In this document: positions 36,448 through 45,362 of the stretch, one piece after another
How positions within the stretch are numbered: position 1 is the stretch's first letter
How the letters are laid out: every line of letters begins with the position of its first letter
Source: a virus
Lineage: Duplodnaviria > Caudoviricetes
Reading direction: 5' to 3' (one strand)
Virus record (IMG/VR): IMGVR_UViG_3300018432_000017
Coordinates: 1 to 52,149 of that record
Length of the DNA stretch: 52,149 nt
The notes under the pieces: generated by a model
What the model was told of the DNA's origin: nothing
Seen by the model: only the letters and a program-made list of their open reading frames with translations
Databases searched by the model: none
Made by a program: the position numbers and the translations under genes

Positions 36448-37252
36448 TCAGCTCCGCCTTGTTGTAGGCGTGGTGCGATAGCTCGCCTTTCTCCCACGAG
36501 CCGTACCGCCCGGCAAAGGCGATCCACGGCATATCCCCGTAGCAGTCGCAGCTGTGGCCGGTCGGCTTGAAGACCTCCGCGACTCCGGGGATGGGAGGCT
36601 TGCTCTGGAATGGCCACTCAACGGTAGCATGCTCGAATACCCGCGACGCTCGATACCACGAGGGGTACTCCTCCCCATTGCAGATTACTCCCGCCTGCCC
36701 GACCTCGGGCGGGACCGGCGCCCACTGGTCGCGGTCGGAAGCATCTCCGATCGCCCAGACAGCCTGCGAGTGGAAGGTGTGCCGCTCCAGGCTTTTGCAG
36801 ACGATCGAGCGCGGGATAGTGCTGATGACAACGTCAAACTCATCTGCGATGCTATCGATGTCCCCCGACTTCACCTCCATGTTGTAGACCAGATTCTGAT
36901 ACCGGTTCCATGCATCGTCATATGCCTTCCGGATATCAAAGGCCTGGTGGTATCCCTGGAGAACAGAGGGGGAGACCTCCAGCCGCTCTCCGCCCCCGTA
37001 GACCTTCTCGCGGTACTGGTCGACCGTTCCCCGCAGCGAGTACTTGACGACGGTGCCGTGTGCGGCGAGACCGGGGATAGGGGCGTGGAGATACTGGGCG
37101 CCGTACATGTGGCTCTTGCGCTTCTTCGAGATGACCTCGACTACCTTGACCCCGTTGCTCGCTAAGGCGTGCGCGGCGAACATTCCGGCAGGACCACAGC
37201 CGAGTACGGCGGCACTCCTAGGAGGCTTCGCGGACCCGAAAGACAGCTTCAC
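36428..37252 (-). CDS. FAD-dependent oxidoreductase (UDP-galactopyranose mutase/Glf-like fold)
   Basis: GCGPAG Rossmann motif, GAQYLH, VISTIP, FAGRYGSW; GTG 37252. Confidence 0.75.
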   Translation of the reverse strand: MKLSFGSAKPPRSAAVLGCGPAGMFAAHALASNGVKVVEVISKKRKSHMYGAQYLHAPIPGLAAHGTVVKYSLRGTVDQYREKVYGGGERLEVSPSVLQGYHQAFDIRKAYDDAWNRYQNLVYNMEVKSGDIDSIADEFDVVISTIPRSIVCKSLERHTFHSQAVWAIGDASDRDQWAPVPPEVGQAGVICNGEEYPSWYRASRVFEHATVEWPFQSKPPIPGVAEVFKPTGHSCDCYGDMPWIAFAGRYGSWEKGELSHHAYNKAELIANPRG

Positions 37253-37443
37253 GCCGACACCTTCCCGATCGCCTGCGGGTGACCGTTCCACTCCGCCTTG
37301 AGCTTCTTGATCTGCGAGCCGAAGCCGGCGGTAACCCGAAGCCTCGCGTACAGCGGCACGTCGTTGAGGAACTCTTGAACCTCCTCGATAGTCATGCCGT
37401 CCTTCGGATCTACCGCCGAATACTCCTTCGAGACTGTGCTCAT
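37249..37443 (-). CDS. hypothetical protein
   Basis: GAGGAG RBS, 64 aa. Confidence 0.6.
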   Translation of the reverse strand: MSTVSKEYSAVDPKDGMTIEEVQEFLNDVPLYARLRVTAGFGSQIKKLKAEWNGHPQAIGKVSA

Positions 37444-37973
37444 TCTCCTCGCTCCTTCCAGCGCTCAACAGCGCGCTTCCGGACGGCGTTGATGTCCGGC
37501 TTGCCGGGGTTGTCGAATACCGCGAGCGCGAAGGCGAGGCCCTGCGCCTGATACTTGTCGTTCAGCTGCGGATTCCCGCCCATGAGTCGATCCATGATCG
37601 AGTCCATTTCGGACCACACACGATCGTAAATTGAAGCGCCGGAGTGCCGGGGCGGGTTGAGTGCGGCCTCCGTTACCCGCTCGCCTCCCTTCGCTGCGGA
37701 CCTTGCCATGTCCTCGGTCACGTATACCCCGAGCACGGTCGCGTCGTTCTCTTCCTGGACTAGCCACACCGATGCCATTGGCTCCCACCATTCCTCGCTC
37801 GATACCTCGGGCTCTCCGGCGTGCCGGTGCCCGCAATTCGTCTTGTGAAGGTGCGTGTGATAGACCTCCCACACCTCCGGACCCGCAGCGAGACGTTGCT
37901 GCTTATCGGGCCATGTCATCTCATTGTATCCGTGAACCCCCATAAGGTGGTCCATTAGCTCTCGCTGCTTCAT
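37440..37973 (-). CDS. hypothetical protein
   Basis: start ATG 37973 after GGAGGG; His-rich N-terminus. Confidence 0.6.
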   Translation of the reverse strand: MKQRELMDHLMGVHGYNEMTWPDKQQRLAAGPEVWEVYHTHLHKTNCGHRHAGEPEVSSEEWWEPMASVWLVQEENDATVLGVYVTEDMARSAAKGGERVTEAALNPPRHSGASIYDRVWSEMDSIMDRLMGGNPQLNDKYQAQGLAFALAVFDNPGKPDINAVRKRAVERWKERGE

Positions 37974-38040
37974 CACCCTCCAATAAAGGAAGGGGAAGCG
38001 CCGCAACACTTCCCCTCCCATCCCACACCCCGAGTAATGC

Positions 38041-38616
38041 CTAGAAGGGTGGCTCCTCATCGTAATCGGAGCCGGCGGTGTCCGTCACTTCTTCATCCTC
38101 ATCTTCATCCGGCTCGGGCTCCGGCTCGACGGGGGCAGCGTTCGGAGGCGGCCAGTATCCGCCGATCTCCAGTCGCGGAGCACCGTTGTAGGACCCCATC
38201 ACGAGGGAAGCCTGGACGTACTGCTTGCCGGTGTGCTTCCACTTGCCGATCGAGACGATGTTGCCCTTGTCGGTGCCGTCGTCCTTGGTGCGGTCGATAA
38301 AGTCGGATCCCTTGACCCCGATGGCGTCCAGGAACGGAGCGAGCCGGAAAGCGCTGCTCTCGCCTACCGGGATGAAGTCGGTGATGAAGTATCCCTTGTA
38401 CTTCTGGTCATCCGGCCGCGTCTTCCGGGGAATCAGCTCCAGCCCGACCATCAGCTGCGGGTTGTTGTTGCTGCTCATCCTCCGCCGGAGAATGTTGATC
38501 TTCCAGGCATACATGCCGGGCACGGGCATCGGCCCGTCGTACGGCTTGAAGTTGCCCCTCTCGGCGTTGTCGATTGCATCGGCGGAGACGTTCCCGCCCC
38601 ATGTGACCTTAGCCAC
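38041..38616 (-). CDS. single-stranded DNA-binding protein (DUF669-like)
   Basis: P.PG.Y OB-like core, acidic tail ending DEEPPF; adjacent to the ATPase. Confidence 0.7.
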   Translation of the reverse strand: MAKVTWGGNVSADAIDNAERGNFKPYDGPMPVPGMYAWKINILRRRMSSNNNPQLMVGLELIPRKTRPDDQKYKGYFITDFIPVGESSAFRLAPFLDAIGVKGSDFIDRTKDDGTDKGNIVSIGKWKHTGKQYVQASLVMGSYNGAPRLEIGGYWPPPNAAPVEPEPEPDEDEDEEVTDTAGSDYDEEPPF

Positions 38617-39517
38617 GCGCTGTCGCCTTCTTCCCTGTTGTTACGCGGCGAGGAGGTGCTGCCGCTGGTTCATCGGACTCTATGATTTTCATGACTTCCT
38701 GCATGTTGGTGTCGTCCAGCACGCGAGGAAGCCGGTTGAATTGGTCCTTCGCGAAGTAGTGTGTATCCGACTTCGGGTCTACCGCCTCCGAGAAGAGGAT
38801 GCGCCGAACCTTACGCTTCGGCTCGCCTTCCGCCCCGGCGACCATCCTGGGCCGCATGAACCCTACCACGTGCATCAGCCCGGACACGTAGTTGGACAGC
38901 TCTCCGTCCTTCTTCTGGAAGGCCGGCATCACCTGCCGGTCGCCTTCATCATTGTCCATCCGCATAGCGTGCGCGGTAACAAGAACGTTGACCGGGAGGT
39001 CCACGAGTCGAGCGATGAACGACCGCAGGAAGTTCTGCGTGTTGAAGTAGTCAGGCTTGTCCGGGAGGTTACGGTGCGTCCGCTTCTCCGGATTCTGGTC
39101 GAAGGCTTCCGCCGCATAGCCGAGCCGGACCTTTGTCTCCAGCGTTGTCGCGCCTTCGAGGATGACCCACTGGTACTTCGAGGCCCCTCCCGCCTCCAGG
39201 TACTCGGCTGCCGCTAGGGCGGTTGCGGAGTCGCGGACCTCCCGGACTAGCCTCTTGCCTACCGGCACGCCTAGCGTCGTTCTCGCAGCCGAAATATAGC
39301 CTGGCTCGCAGGCAAGGATCAGCGAGTTGGGGCAGGTACCCGCGAGCACGGTCTTGCCGCACCCGCTATCCCCGTATACCATGATGTTCGAGTGCTCAGA
39401 CTCTCCGTCTAGCTCGCGGATAGCGCTCTCGAAGTCGGAGACCGTAACCACGTCCCGTTCGGTCGCGACTCCTCGACGCCCAGCCGCCGCAGCACTTCCG
39501 GTAACAGCTGCTCTCAT
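38609..39517 (-). CDS. AAA_24/Sak4-like ATPase (ssDNA annealing/recombination)
   Basis: YGDSGCGKT Walker A, VNVLVTAH, AKD motifs. Confidence 0.85.
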   Translation of the reverse strand: MRAAVTGSAAAAGRRGVATERDVVTVSDFESAIRELDGESEHSNIMVYGDSGCGKTVLAGTCPNSLILACEPGYISAARTTLGVPVGKRLVREVRDSATALAAAEYLEAGGASKYQWVILEGATTLETKVRLGYAAEAFDQNPEKRTHRNLPDKPDYFNTQNFLRSFIARLVDLPVNVLVTAHAMRMDNDEGDRQVMPAFQKKDGELSNYVSGLMHVVGFMRPRMVAGAEGEPKRKVRRILFSEAVDPKSDTHYFAKDQFNRLPRVLDDTNMQEVMKIIESDEPAAAPPRRVTTGKKATARG

Positions 39518-39564
39518 TTGACCCCTTCCTTTCCGCCTATTCTTCCCCTGGTCGAGAGTTGCCG

Positions 39565-40590
39565 CTAGCCGATCTCAAACGTCCCCGGCTCCTCCGCCGT
39601 CTTTCGGTGATCGGCATAGGGATCCTGGACGCGGTAGGCGACCTCTTTGTACGCCTGCCAGTCTCCGCCCTGCTCGTGCAGCATGCACATCTCATAGAAG
39701 TCGCACCGGCTACACGAGGTGTGGGTGGTCTTGGTAACGGGCAGCTCCCCGGTGCGCACCATCTCCATGATAGCCGCGTCCTTCTGGATCCGGTTGAGCT
39801 GCGAGCGCTGCTCGTGCCGGATGCGAACAACCGGATGCCTGACTAGCAAAGGCTTCGGCTGGACCTTCGAGCGGGAACCGTCCTTGTTCAGACAGTACCC
39901 CTGCGCGTCGACCGGGCGGGGATCCGGCACCCCCTTGCGGATGAAGTTGTACATAATGCCGCGCAACGATTCCTTGGCCGTTATGAGGCCGGCTTTGCGC
40001 AGCGAGGTCGTCATGACCGCCCAGTAGGATCCGGCCTGCTCGTCTAGCGGAAGGTGCTTCGTCTGTACCGCCTTCGCGGTCTTGTGCTCTCCCAGCCAGA
40101 GCGTGCCCGCGTCGAGATCCCGGTACACGAGGTCCGCTGTGCCGACGTAATCGCACAGGATAGCGCGGGAAGCCTCGCCCCACCACTCCGGGAAGGGAAT
40201 CTTGAAGCTGAAGGTCTGCTCCGGGGCGATAACCGACCAGCGCGGATCGATCCCATAGTGCTGGACGTAGGTCTCTAGCAGTACCGTGCCCATGGTGCGC
40301 ATATCGACGTACTTGGCAACCTCTTCCTCGGTCGCATCATCCGTCTTCATCATGCGCAATTCGTCGGTCGCGAGTGTCGTGAAGGTCTCGGCGGGGTGCG
40401 GTCCGCGCTTCAGGCCGGGACCGCTATACCAATTGGCGAGAGCAATATGGACAAGCTCTCCGAACCACAGCGCGTCACTCGCGCGTCCTTTGGGCTTCAA
40501 CCCTTGTCGATAACCCCACCACCAGGCCTGCGGGCAACGCTGAAACAGCCGGCGCTCGGAGGTCCGGATCCGGGGAATGCGTTCCGTCAC
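39565..40590 (-). CDS. Cas4/RecB-like PD-(D/E)XK exonuclease
   Basis: F.RCP..WW, FG..VH, G..DL, EHKT, Q...Y, C..CDFY..C; GTG 40590. Confidence 0.85.
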   Translation of the reverse strand: MTERIPRIRTSERRLFQRCPQAWWWGYRQGLKPKGRASDALWFGELVHIALANWYSGPGLKRGPHPAETFTTLATDELRMMKTDDATEEEVAKYVDMRTMGTVLLETYVQHYGIDPRWSVIAPEQTFSFKIPFPEWWGEASRAILCDYVGTADLVYRDLDAGTLWLGEHKTAKAVQTKHLPLDEQAGSYWAVMTTSLRKAGLITAKESLRGIMYNFIRKGVPDPRPVDAQGYCLNKDGSRSKVQPKPLLVRHPVVRIRHEQRSQLNRIQKDAAIMEMVRTGELPVTKTTHTSCSRCDFYEMCMLHEQGGDWQAYKEVAYRVQDPYADHRKTAEEPGTFEIG

Positions 40591-40612
40591 GCGCTTCCCT
40601 TCCCAGAGGTTT

Positions 40613-40674
40613 GAAAAGAAACGAGGGGGTGCCGGTGTAAATCCACCGGGATTAGGTTTGACCCCACCCCCTCG
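40613..40674 (-). terminator. terminator with a large loop
   Basis: 10-bp IR cgagggggtg/caccccctcg followed by TTTCTTTT on the minus strand. Confidence 0.55.
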
Positions 40675-40687
40675 CCCAGCCGGCGAC

Positions 40688-41140
40688 CTAGAAAGGCGCC
40701 TCTTCCTCGGTTGCCGGAGCCGCAGCGCGCTTGCCGACGCGCTTCGCAACCTTCTTCGGCGAGACGGGAGCCGGGGCCTCCTCGACTTCCTCGCCATCCT
40801 CCTCAGCCGCTTCCTCCGCGACCTTGGCAGCCTTCTTGGTGGTCTTGGGGGCAGCCTTCTTCGCGACCTTCTTCGGAGCGGCCTCCTTGGCCTCCTCCGC
40901 AGCAGCCTCAGCCGCCGTCTTCCGCTCCGCCCGGAGCGCCCGGTTGGCCTCGCTGGCCTGGAAGTCCATGATCAGGACCTTGCTGAGACGCACGCCGAGC
41001 CGGAAGGCCTGCTTGGCCTTGGCCGTCGCAAATTCCAGCTCGCAGACCTCTTCCAGCCAGTCCGCGAACAGCTCCTGGACCGGAGTCTCTGGGCGGTTGA
41101 CGTAGCTCGTGAATTCCTTGGGCTCTGCCGACTTCGGCAC
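40688..41140 (-). CDS. Lys/Ala-rich histone-like protein with acidic tail
   Basis: AAPKKVAKKAAPKTTKKAAK repeats; ends EEEAPF; GAGGAG RBS. Confidence 0.7.
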   Translation of the reverse strand: MPKSAEPKEFTSYVNRPETPVQELFADWLEEVCELEFATAKAKQAFRLGVRLSKVLIMDFQASEANRALRAERKTAAEAAAEEAKEAAPKKVAKKAAPKTTKKAAKVAEEAAEEDGEEVEEAPAPVSPKKVAKRVGKRAAAPATEEEAPF

Positions 41141-41218
41141 GTTCTACTCCTCTTGCTAGGTGATTGGATCAACGTATGGATCGATCGTACTTGGAGGCGG
41201 ACATCTGCCGAAAGCAGG

Positions 41219-41389
41219 CTACCGACGAAGAACAACCCTCGTTAGGATGGTGCCTTTGCGGGCTCTCGCCTCTTCCCGCCCCAGGGCGTCAAATTCCTCG
41301 ATCTTCTGCTGCCGGCCACGCTCCTGCCGCACTCCCATCCAGAATGCAAATGGGACCGCCAATGCGATCGCAAACAGGACAATGACCAT
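41219..41389 (-). CDS. small membrane-anchored protein (56 aa)
   Basis: hand-translated MVIVLFAIALAVPFAFWMG..., TAATG-coupled to the helicase gene. Confidence 0.55.
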   Translation of the reverse strand: MVIVLFAIALAVPFAFWMGVRQERGRQQKIEEFDALGREEARARKGTILTRVVLRR

Positions 41390-43332
41390 TACTTCCCGCC
41401 CCGAGAAGACAGCTCCAGAACTCGACGTGAGAACTCTACTCCACGACGCTCATCCAGCAGCCGGCGTCCATCAGCCCCGCGCTCGGCGTAGACTGCTGCC
41501 CTTCCGACCTCGACGGTATCGAGCGATCGGAGGTAGTAATACCGACAGGGGCGGGGATTGCTCACGCGGTGAATCCGGTCTTCCACCTGGCTCATGGTGT
41601 CCGGGTCGGACTCATCAAGAAACACCATATCGCTAGCGGTATCGATTGTGATGGCGACGCCTCCGGCCTTGATTGACAGCAGCATCACGCCGGGTCCGCC
41701 AGGAGCGTTGAAGGCATCCAGGATGGCCGTCCGGCCGCGTCCGGGGGTCTTCCCCGTGATCGAGCATGTGCCGATATGGTTTAGGTTCAAGCCCTTCTCG
41801 AACAGCTCCAGCAGTTGCCGGGAGCGGGACGCTACAACCACCTTACCGGTCGGGTCGTCCGGATACCCCATCTCCTCCAGGAACTGCATGAGCCACTCAT
41901 ACTTGTTGCTAGGCATGGCCGGCACGAACTCTCCGCGCTCCATCCGCCCGGCGGAGGAGGCGAATTGCGAGAGTCGGGTAATCTCCGCAAGGTGCCCGAT
42001 GGCGTCGAGCGTCCCGCCCTCGATCCGGACCGCGCTGTCCAGACGCATCGCTTCATAGTTCTTGGCCTGCTGCGGAAGCATAGGCAGCCAGACTCCCACC
42101 GGAGAGTCGAGCTCTGAGTCCAGCGGAGTGCCGACGTAGCTCTTGGGCGGGAGGTCTTTCGCTACCTCCTGCTTGACTCGCCGGAGGACGAGACTGCTCA
42201 CGCTATCCCACAGCATCGGCTCCCGGTCCGCCCGCAGCTTCTCGATCGTGAACGGGGAGAACCTGTTGCCGGTCTCCCAGTAGGTGCCGGCCCACCGCCA
42301 GAAGCCTCCAAACTTCTTCGGCTCCAGCCAGTTGAGCGTTCCCCAGAGCTGGTGCGGCCGACCGCGTAGGGGAGTGCCCGAGATAGCCACCCGTAGACCA
42401 CCCTCGCGCAGCGCTAGAAGCTCTAGACCGTTCCGGGTCTGGGTAGGGGTGCCCGACTTCCGGATAAGGGCCTCGTGGCTCTCGTCCACGACGACGGCTC
42501 CCCACTTCTCCCAGAAGAGTTCATCGTGGGTCGGCTGGTCGATCTTCTTCGTGGAGGAGTCCTTCTCGTGCCCGCAGTCAAGGTAGTCGATCGGCTTCTT
42601 GGTGAACGTCGTCTTGTCCCCGCACTCGGCGCACCGGAAGAAGCTCTTGACCCGCACCATCTCGACGTTGATGATCAGGAAGGTCTTAGCGAGCGCCAAC
42701 TTCATGAACGGCTCACGTGAGGAAAGCGCTTTCTGCTGAAGGTTCCGGAAGGCGCTGAATGTCTTCTGCCGCGCGGCCTTGCCGTCCGGGAAGGTGACCG
42801 CCTTGGCGCCAGGAATCCATCGCTCGATCTCCCGGCGCCAGACGCTCTCCGTCGCGACCTTCGGGCAGATGACCAGGTATGGCCCGTCCACATCCGACTC
42901 TATGATGCCGGCTAGCACCTGTAGCGTCTTGCCTAAGCCTGGCTCATCTGCGATCAGTACCGATCGACCGTCCGCCACGAATCTGGCGCCTACGGCTTGA
43001 TAAGGACGCTTAGACATTGCCTCGAAGAGAGCCGGCGCCTCTGCCGGGAGCCGGGACAGGGTTGCCTCGGTCGCGGACGCCAGCACCGTCATTTCGTCGC
43101 GCGCCTTCCTCTCGGCGCGGTACCAGTCAGCGAGGGGGCGGGAGATCTGGAGGTCAGAGCCGAACCGCTCCCGCAGGAGCAGGCACGTGTCGATGGACAA
43201 CGGGCAGCTCCAGTGCGGCCCATTCGACTCCGAGAAGTTGGAGCCCGCAATCCATCGGTCCATCCCGGCAATGTTGTAGTCCGACCGGACCCAGATCCGG
43301 TTCCATCGCTCGTTCAACTCCGCCGAGATCAT
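41389..43332 (-). CDS. SNF2-family (SF2) DNA helicase
   Basis: ADEPGLGKT, DESH, SGTP, LRR.K, Q..DRIHR motifs; Zn-finger-like insert. Confidence 0.9.
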   Translation of the reverse strand: MISAELNERWNRIWVRSDYNIAGMDRWIAGSNFSESNGPHWSCPLSIDTCLLLRERFGSDLQISRPLADWYRAERKARDEMTVLASATEATLSRLPAEAPALFEAMSKRPYQAVGARFVADGRSVLIADEPGLGKTLQVLAGIIESDVDGPYLVICPKVATESVWRREIERWIPGAKAVTFPDGKAARQKTFSAFRNLQQKALSSREPFMKLALAKTFLIINVEMVRVKSFFRCAECGDKTTFTKKPIDYLDCGHEKDSSTKKIDQPTHDELFWEKWGAVVVDESHEALIRKSGTPTQTRNGLELLALREGGLRVAISGTPLRGRPHQLWGTLNWLEPKKFGGFWRWAGTYWETGNRFSPFTIEKLRADREPMLWDSVSSLVLRRVKQEVAKDLPPKSYVGTPLDSELDSPVGVWLPMLPQQAKNYEAMRLDSAVRIEGGTLDAIGHLAEITRLSQFASSAGRMERGEFVPAMPSNKYEWLMQFLEEMGYPDDPTGKVVVASRSRQLLELFEKGLNLNHIGTCSITGKTPGRGRTAILDAFNAPGGPGVMLLSIKAGGVAITIDTASDMVFLDESDPDTMSQVEDRIHRVSNPRPCRYYYLRSLDTVEVGRAAVYAERGADGRRLLDERRGVEFSRRVLELSSRGGK

Positions 43333-43345
43333 CCCGCCCCTCCTT

Positions 43346-43705
43346 CTACTTCGCTGTCAAGCAGGTGACGGTAACTCCGTCACCCTTGTTGGAGGTCTCG
43401 GAGACAGTCTTCCGCTTGTCCTTCCCCTCCACTAGCTCGATCTCGCAGTCAATCGGGCCGCTACCTCGCCGCGTCGCCTCGACTTCGAGCCGGCTCGCCT
43501 TCGTGAGATTGATCTTGAAGAGGTACGGGAGCGCGGTGTTGTTGACCTTCTGGTACTCCTTCCGGTCGACTTCAACAACTACGTCCGCGCGTCCGTCCTT
43601 CCCCATGCCGGTTACGATTACCGCCCAGCGGGGCGGAGCCTCGCACTCCTCCATCGTCCCCATCACGAGCGCGAGCGTCAGACCCGCAGCGATAACTCTC
43701 TTCAC
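43346..43705 (-). CDS. secreted/membrane protein
   Basis: GTG 43705, signal-like N-terminus, paired Cys. Confidence 0.6.
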   Translation of the reverse strand: MKRVIAAGLTLALVMGTMEECEAPPRWAVIVTGMGKDGRADVVVEVDRKEYQKVNNTALPYLFKINLTKASRLEVEATRRGSGPIDCEIELVEGKDKRKTVSETSNKGDGVTVTCLTAK

Positions 43706-43791
43706 AGAACCTTCTCCAATATGCCGATGATGAAGCCGGTCAGTAGTGCCGACGCCATCACTGTTCCCCAGAACCACTTCTCATTTGTCAT
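43702..43791 (-). CDS. 29-aa membrane peptide
   Basis: MTNEKWFWGTVMASALLTGFIIGILEKVL; coupled on both sides. Confidence 0.45.
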   Translation of the reverse strand: MTNEKWFWGTVMASALLTGFIIGILEKVL

Positions 43792-44267
43792 GCCAACTCC
43801 TCGGGTAGCTCGGGCATTTCCCAGCCCAGCTCCATCATAGATTTACAGACCTTCTTTCCAGGCCCTCGACCGGCCCAATACGGATCATCCAGAATGTGGT
43901 CATACTTTGATCCTTCAGAGAGGAATGCATAGACATTCCATAGCACTACGTAGCATCTAACCGCTGACAGGGTTATGCGCCCTGAATTTCTGGGCTGGTA
44001 TGCAACATGGATATGAGCTTCGGGACAATGGTCGACACAACCCCTTCGCATTCTTTCCTCTGTATGGGGAGGGGTCAACTGATCCCGCCGAACCGGCTCT
44101 GCTCCCGTCAGAGAAGATATCCGATCCATCAGGGACTTTTTATCATTCTTCATAGAAATTGCCAGTCTGTATGAAACTCTTCCGTTGCCATTTTTGTGAG
44201 TGTATGTACTGGATGACGAATCAATCACCCCCGCTAGCCATGCGAGGTCGGTCTCTTTGATTGCCAT
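43788..44267 (-). CDS. LAGLIDADG-fold protein (degenerate homing endonuclease-like)
   Basis: DLAWLAGVIDSSSS..RLAISM; AT-richer than its neighbours; ATG 44267. Confidence 0.6.
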   Translation of the reverse strand: MAIKETDLAWLAGVIDSSSSTYTHKNGNGRVSYRLAISMKNDKKSLMDRISSLTGAEPVRRDQLTPPHTEERMRRGCVDHCPEAHIHVAYQPRNSGRITLSAVRCYVVLWNVYAFLSEGSKYDHILDDPYWAGRGPGKKVCKSMMELGWEMPELPEELA

Positions 44268-44280
44268 TGCATTGCCTCTC

Positions 44281-44433
44281 CTAGCGAGGGTTGCACTCGT
44301 GCTCGACGTCTGTGTCAATCTGATTGGATCCGTGTGGTCCGAAGTAGACCGCGTCCACGAGCACTCCGTCCCGCTCGATAACCGGCAGCCCGCACCCATT
44401 GCAGGGAATCCATTCTGTGAGGATGTTGTCCAT
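44281..44433 (-). CDS. small Cys/His protein (50 aa)
   Basis: hand-translated MDNILTEWIPCNGCGLPV...HECNPR. Confidence 0.5.
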   Translation of the reverse strand: MDNILTEWIPCNGCGLPVIERDGVLVDAVYFGPHGSNQIDTDVEHECNPR

Positions 44434-44524
44434 TTCCTACCAATCCGATAGGGTGAAGGTGCCGAGTAGGATCGCAATGCCGGCGATCGTGGTGAGCGTG
44501 AAGTCGAATAAGCGAGCCGTCCAG

Positions 44525-45301
44525 TCAGGCTCCGGCCTTCTTCTTCGCCCTCTGCTTGCCGCCGCCCTTGGTGAAGAGGGTCGCGCCGGATACCGATGTG
44601 AGGTTGGATAGACGGAATGCGCGATAGCCGTTCTGCCGGCAGCATACCTTAACGAGTCGGGCAGCGGGATCGTCTGTGAAGACAATTTCGATACGGCGAG
44701 GGTCCTCTGGTAGATATGCCGTCTCGCTGCGCTCTGATAGACGGTTGTCCCATTCAACCGTCGTTCCAGCAAGGGCATCTGCGATTTCTGCATCGGTGGC
44801 CTCTACAATATCGAATGGCAATTTGACAGTCTTGGGCTTAAGGGCACGCGGCTTGAAGGCTTTGTTGGTGGCGACCTTCTCCTTACGCTTCGCACCTTCC
44901 TCGGGCGGGAGGGCGGCCTGCTGCCGAGCAGCACTCGCGTTCCGGAGCTTGATTGTCCACTCATCCACGCCGTACGTCGGCATCGGGTTGACGGTCATCG
45001 CGCCGTTGGTCCACGAGATCCAAATGGTCTCGTTCCCGCGCTTTGCGGTGACCTCGACAACCCCGCCCTCGAAAGGCTTTGCGGTGGCTTCCCAGCCGTG
45101 GCCCTCGACGTACGCGACGAAAGCTGCCGCCTTCCCCGCCGAGCGTGGCTCTCCCGTGATTTCCTGGGCTACCCTGAGGGCTTCCCTGGCTCCCTCGATC
45201 TCGCCGCTACGGGGCGGTAGAGGGGTGCGCTGCGCGTGCTTGTTCCGCTTCTCGGTCGCTGCGGCCCGGAGACCGTACTTGGACGCGGTGGTGGTTCCCA
45301 T
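44525..45301 (-). CDS. hypothetical protein
   Basis: 258 aa with RBS; C-terminal YRAFRLSNL resembles a WYL/Sm-like strand. Confidence 0.65.
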   Translation of the reverse strand: MGTTTASKYGLRAAATEKRNKHAQRTPLPPRSGEIEGAREALRVAQEITGEPRSAGKAAAFVAYVEGHGWEATAKPFEGGVVEVTAKRGNETIWISWTNGAMTVNPMPTYGVDEWTIKLRNASAARQQAALPPEEGAKRKEKVATNKAFKPRALKPKTVKLPFDIVEATDAEIADALAGTTVEWDNRLSERSETAYLPEDPRRIEIVFTDDPAARLVKVCCRQNGYRAFRLSNLTSVSGATLFTKGGGKQRAKKKAGA

Positions 45302-45324
45302 CTCGATCTTTTCCCTTCCCGAGG

Positions 45325-45355
45325 AAATGAAGTGCCCCCTCCCGAAGGAGGGGGC
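45325..45355 (-). terminator. intrinsic terminator with a UUCG tetraloop
   Basis: gccccctcc-TTCG-ggagggggc followed by ACTTCATTT on the minus strand. Confidence 0.75.
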
Positions 45356-45362
45356 GAACTCG

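Noticed and set aside
39565-40590. Cas4-like gene as a sign of a CRISPR system
   Set aside because: No repeat-spacer array or other cas genes; it sits in the usual nuclease/Sak4/SSB recombination module
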